Position numbers and translations under genes: made by a program | Shown: piece after piece, positions 61,748 through 64,000 of the stretch | How the letters are laid out: each line of letters begins with the position of its first letter | Position numbering within the stretch: the stretch's first letter is position 1 | Origin: Carpediemonas membranifera BICM | Taxonomy: Eukaryota > Protista > Fornicata | Assembly: GCA_019828565.1 (NCBI GenBank) | Contig: JAHDYR010000005.1 | Location: 583,200 to 647,199 of the forward strand | Length of the DNA: 64,000 bases | Reading direction: 5' to 3' | The notes under the pieces: model-generated | Databases searched by the model: none | Told to the model about the DNA's origin: nothing | What the model saw: only the letters and a program-made list of their open reading frames with translations

Positions 61748-64000
61748 CTAGGACCGGGCCCGCCACCTGCGACGAATACGAGCCAGAGTCGGCTCTAGTG
61801 CAGGGTTCTCGCGCAAATATTGGTCTAGGGCCTCCAGCTGGTCGGTGTCTCTGGTAAAACTAATCCAAGAGTCTTCGCTCGGCTCGTAGCCCAGCCAGTG
61901 GACTTTGAATTCGACCTTGGACCCCTTGTTTGAGACCCTGTGCTTGTAGACATTGTCGACCACGTACTCACCGCACTCGGCGGCAAGTCTAGCGATCAGG
62001 GCTTGCTCGTCCTCTGGCGTCTCGACAGGAATGAGTCGCTCATCGCTGACCAGGACCTCTGCCAGCGACACTAAGTCGCGAACCACGTGCGTAGCGGGCG
62101 ATTCGCCGGCTCGTACAACCTTCATCGGGCCCCGGAGGCTGGTGAGCAGCTTGGGAGCTCTGCCAACGTAGCGGAGGAGTGCGAAGGAGCCATCCGGGAA
62201 GCTCGGAGGTGTGTCGCTGTCCTCGCCGCTCTTGTTTCGTTCGCTATACCGTTGGAGATGAGCCTTGGCTTGCAGACGGCGGGTATTAAGGGCGTCGCGG
62301 AACGCCTTCAGGCAATCGGCTTGGCCCGCCGACATTTCCTTAAATAGGGCCCACGCCCGCTCGTATTGCGCGACTGAAAACTGCTCGGAGTCGGATCCCG
62401 AATTGCCTGTCACTAGGCGTAAGGGGGCTTGCCCCGTGGCCCGTGTTGGCCGTGTATTAATGATGTACTGCACTAAAGGGAGGAAAGGAACCCAGTCATA
62501 GTCCTGGCTGTCAAATAGTAAACCCCGCAACAGACGAAGGACTTTTCCATTCGTGCGTTCAACAATTCCGTTGGAGGCTGGGTGATGTGGGGTCGAGTAA
62601 CGATGCTTGAGGGAGAGGATCCGGTTGACTTCAGCGTCCACTTGGTTCCTAAATTCCGGTCCGCCATCAGTTTGAAGTAGCGCTGGTTTCCCAAATAGGG
62701 CCCAGACTTCTAGCATTGCTTGGGCTGTCTCGGCGGCCGTGGTTGATCTCACCGGCTTCAGTACCACGTATTTCGTGAAGACATCTGTGAAGACCAAGAC
62801 GCCCTTGTACTCACCGCTAGCCCCCAGGGAGAGAGTGTCGACTTGGACGCATTCAAAGGGCGTGTACCGGTGTGTGCTGTTCTTCGCCGGGGGCGATTCG
62901 CTTGTGTGCGCGCAACTTCTGGCATGTCAAGCACTGCTTGACTACCCGCTTGGCGAGTGCCGAGACGTCGGGCCAAACATGACCCGCCTCCATCGCAAGA
63001 GTCGTAAGGCGTACTGCCTTGGGGTGGCCATTGGCGCCCTCATGCAGATCTTGAAGTATGCGCAGCTTCTCCTCCTCCGATGGTACGATCTCGGCACTGT
63101 TCACAGTCTTAGTCGACGATTCTAGCCGTGAAGAGCGTCGGCGACCACATTATGCTCGCCTGATATGTGGGCAATGTTGAAATTGAATTCTTGCAAAGCA
63201 ATCCGCCAGCGCATCACCTTGGGGGATACGAGGGAGCGGCGCATGAGGTACACAATATTCCGGTGGTCTGTGTGGATAGTGAGCGAGTTAACCATCTTGA
63301 GTAGAGGACTCAAGTCAGGCCGGGTGAGGGTATGAAGGATTGCGTACAGCTCCTTGTCGTAGGTGGCCCAGCGCCTCTGCGTCGCGTTAAATAATTTCGA
63401 AACGAAGGCGACCAGGCGGCGATTCGCGCCCTCTCCCTGGGTGATTACGGCCCCAAGCCCCCGGTCGCTTGCGTCAGTGTAAACGTCCCATGGCAGGCTG
63501 GGATCAGGCTGAGCCAGGACGGTCTCTTGGGCTACCGCCTCTCTCAGGGCCACGAGGGCTTCCTCTTGGCGTGGTCCCCATACGAATGGCTCACCGGCGT
63601 TCCTGATCAGCTCATAGAGGGGGTCCACAAGGTCCGCCGCGGCTGGGATGAAGTCGATCACGTAATTAAACATCCCTAAGAGTGTTCTGACCCCTGAAAC
63701 ATTGCTCGGAGCCTCTATCGACGTGAGTGCTTCAATCCGTCGCTTGTCGATGCTCTTCCCCTCGCGGGAAAGGTGGAAGCCCACGATGTCTAACTCCTCC
63801 GCGCCGATCACACATTTTGCCGGGCTAAGCCGAAGGTCATACTTTGTCAGCAACTGGAAGGTTTGCTCTAAGCGTGCTATAAGTTCCTCCTCAGATTGGG
63901 CGTAGATTAAGATGTCGTCAATATAGACCAGCACCCCCCGGTGGAGTACCGGGGCGAGGATGGATTGCATGGTACGCTGGAAATAACTCGGAGCGTTAGT
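61748..64000 (-). pseudogene. Gypsy pol (RT, RNase H, HHCC/core integrase, chromodomain) with two frameshifts
   Basis: YIDDILI, TDASD.GLGA, QRRW..YDKEL, TDHRN, NVVADAL; H..GH...C..CQ; QTDGG.EF, HPASNGIVER; chromodomain YVVDNV..HR...FKVHWLGY..SEDSW; frame breaks near 63130 and 62890. Confidence 0.9.

Larger units (their letters stand above)
61158..64000 (-). mobile_element. Ty3/Gypsy LTR retrotransposon (chromovirus type), 3' part
   Basis: RT-RNase H-integrase-chromodomain order, PPT. Confidence 0.9.

Noticed and set aside
1-64000. CRISPR array or rRNA genes
   Set aside because: No regularly spaced repeat-spacer array or rRNA-like sequence seen

Overview
Gene-dense (~60% GC) nuclear DNA of a flagellated unicellular eukaryote. 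Sparse 28-40 nt introns with the branch point next to the 3' splice site and an NGTAAA(Y) signal at or after stop codons suggest a free-living fornicate/metamonad (Carpediemonas-like); this is an inference. Host genes: TTLL3-like glycylase, Dbp5-like DEAD helicase, two bacterial-type multi-PAS histidine kinases, YbaK-domain protein, TMEM62-like phosphoesterase, degenerate kinesin, CFAP57, RNF212/Zip3-like RING, RPS17, eIF3d, TPR protein, NIF pseudophosphatase, Utp12, ARMC4, DOCK GEF, CDKL kinase, ENKD1-like, an LRR protein and three tRNAs (Asp-GUC, Leu-CAG, Ile-GAU). Mobile DNA: (i) an intact 3.7-kb Ngaro-type tyrosine-recombinase retrotransposon with split direct repeats, plus a 240-bp solo remnant inserted into one arm of a 1.09-kb inverted duplication, so the empty site is in the window; (ii) a fragmented Fanzor/TnpB-like RuvC nuclease gene (all three catalytic residues present) followed by a hairpin scaffold and an 18-nt stretch that exactly matches a site upstream of the gene; (iii) the 3' part of a Ty3/Gypsy chromovirus with a tRNA-like Pol III-type unit in its 3' UTR. 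A 46-nt two-hairpin element is conserved just upstream of the start codons of both Dbp5 and eIF3d.
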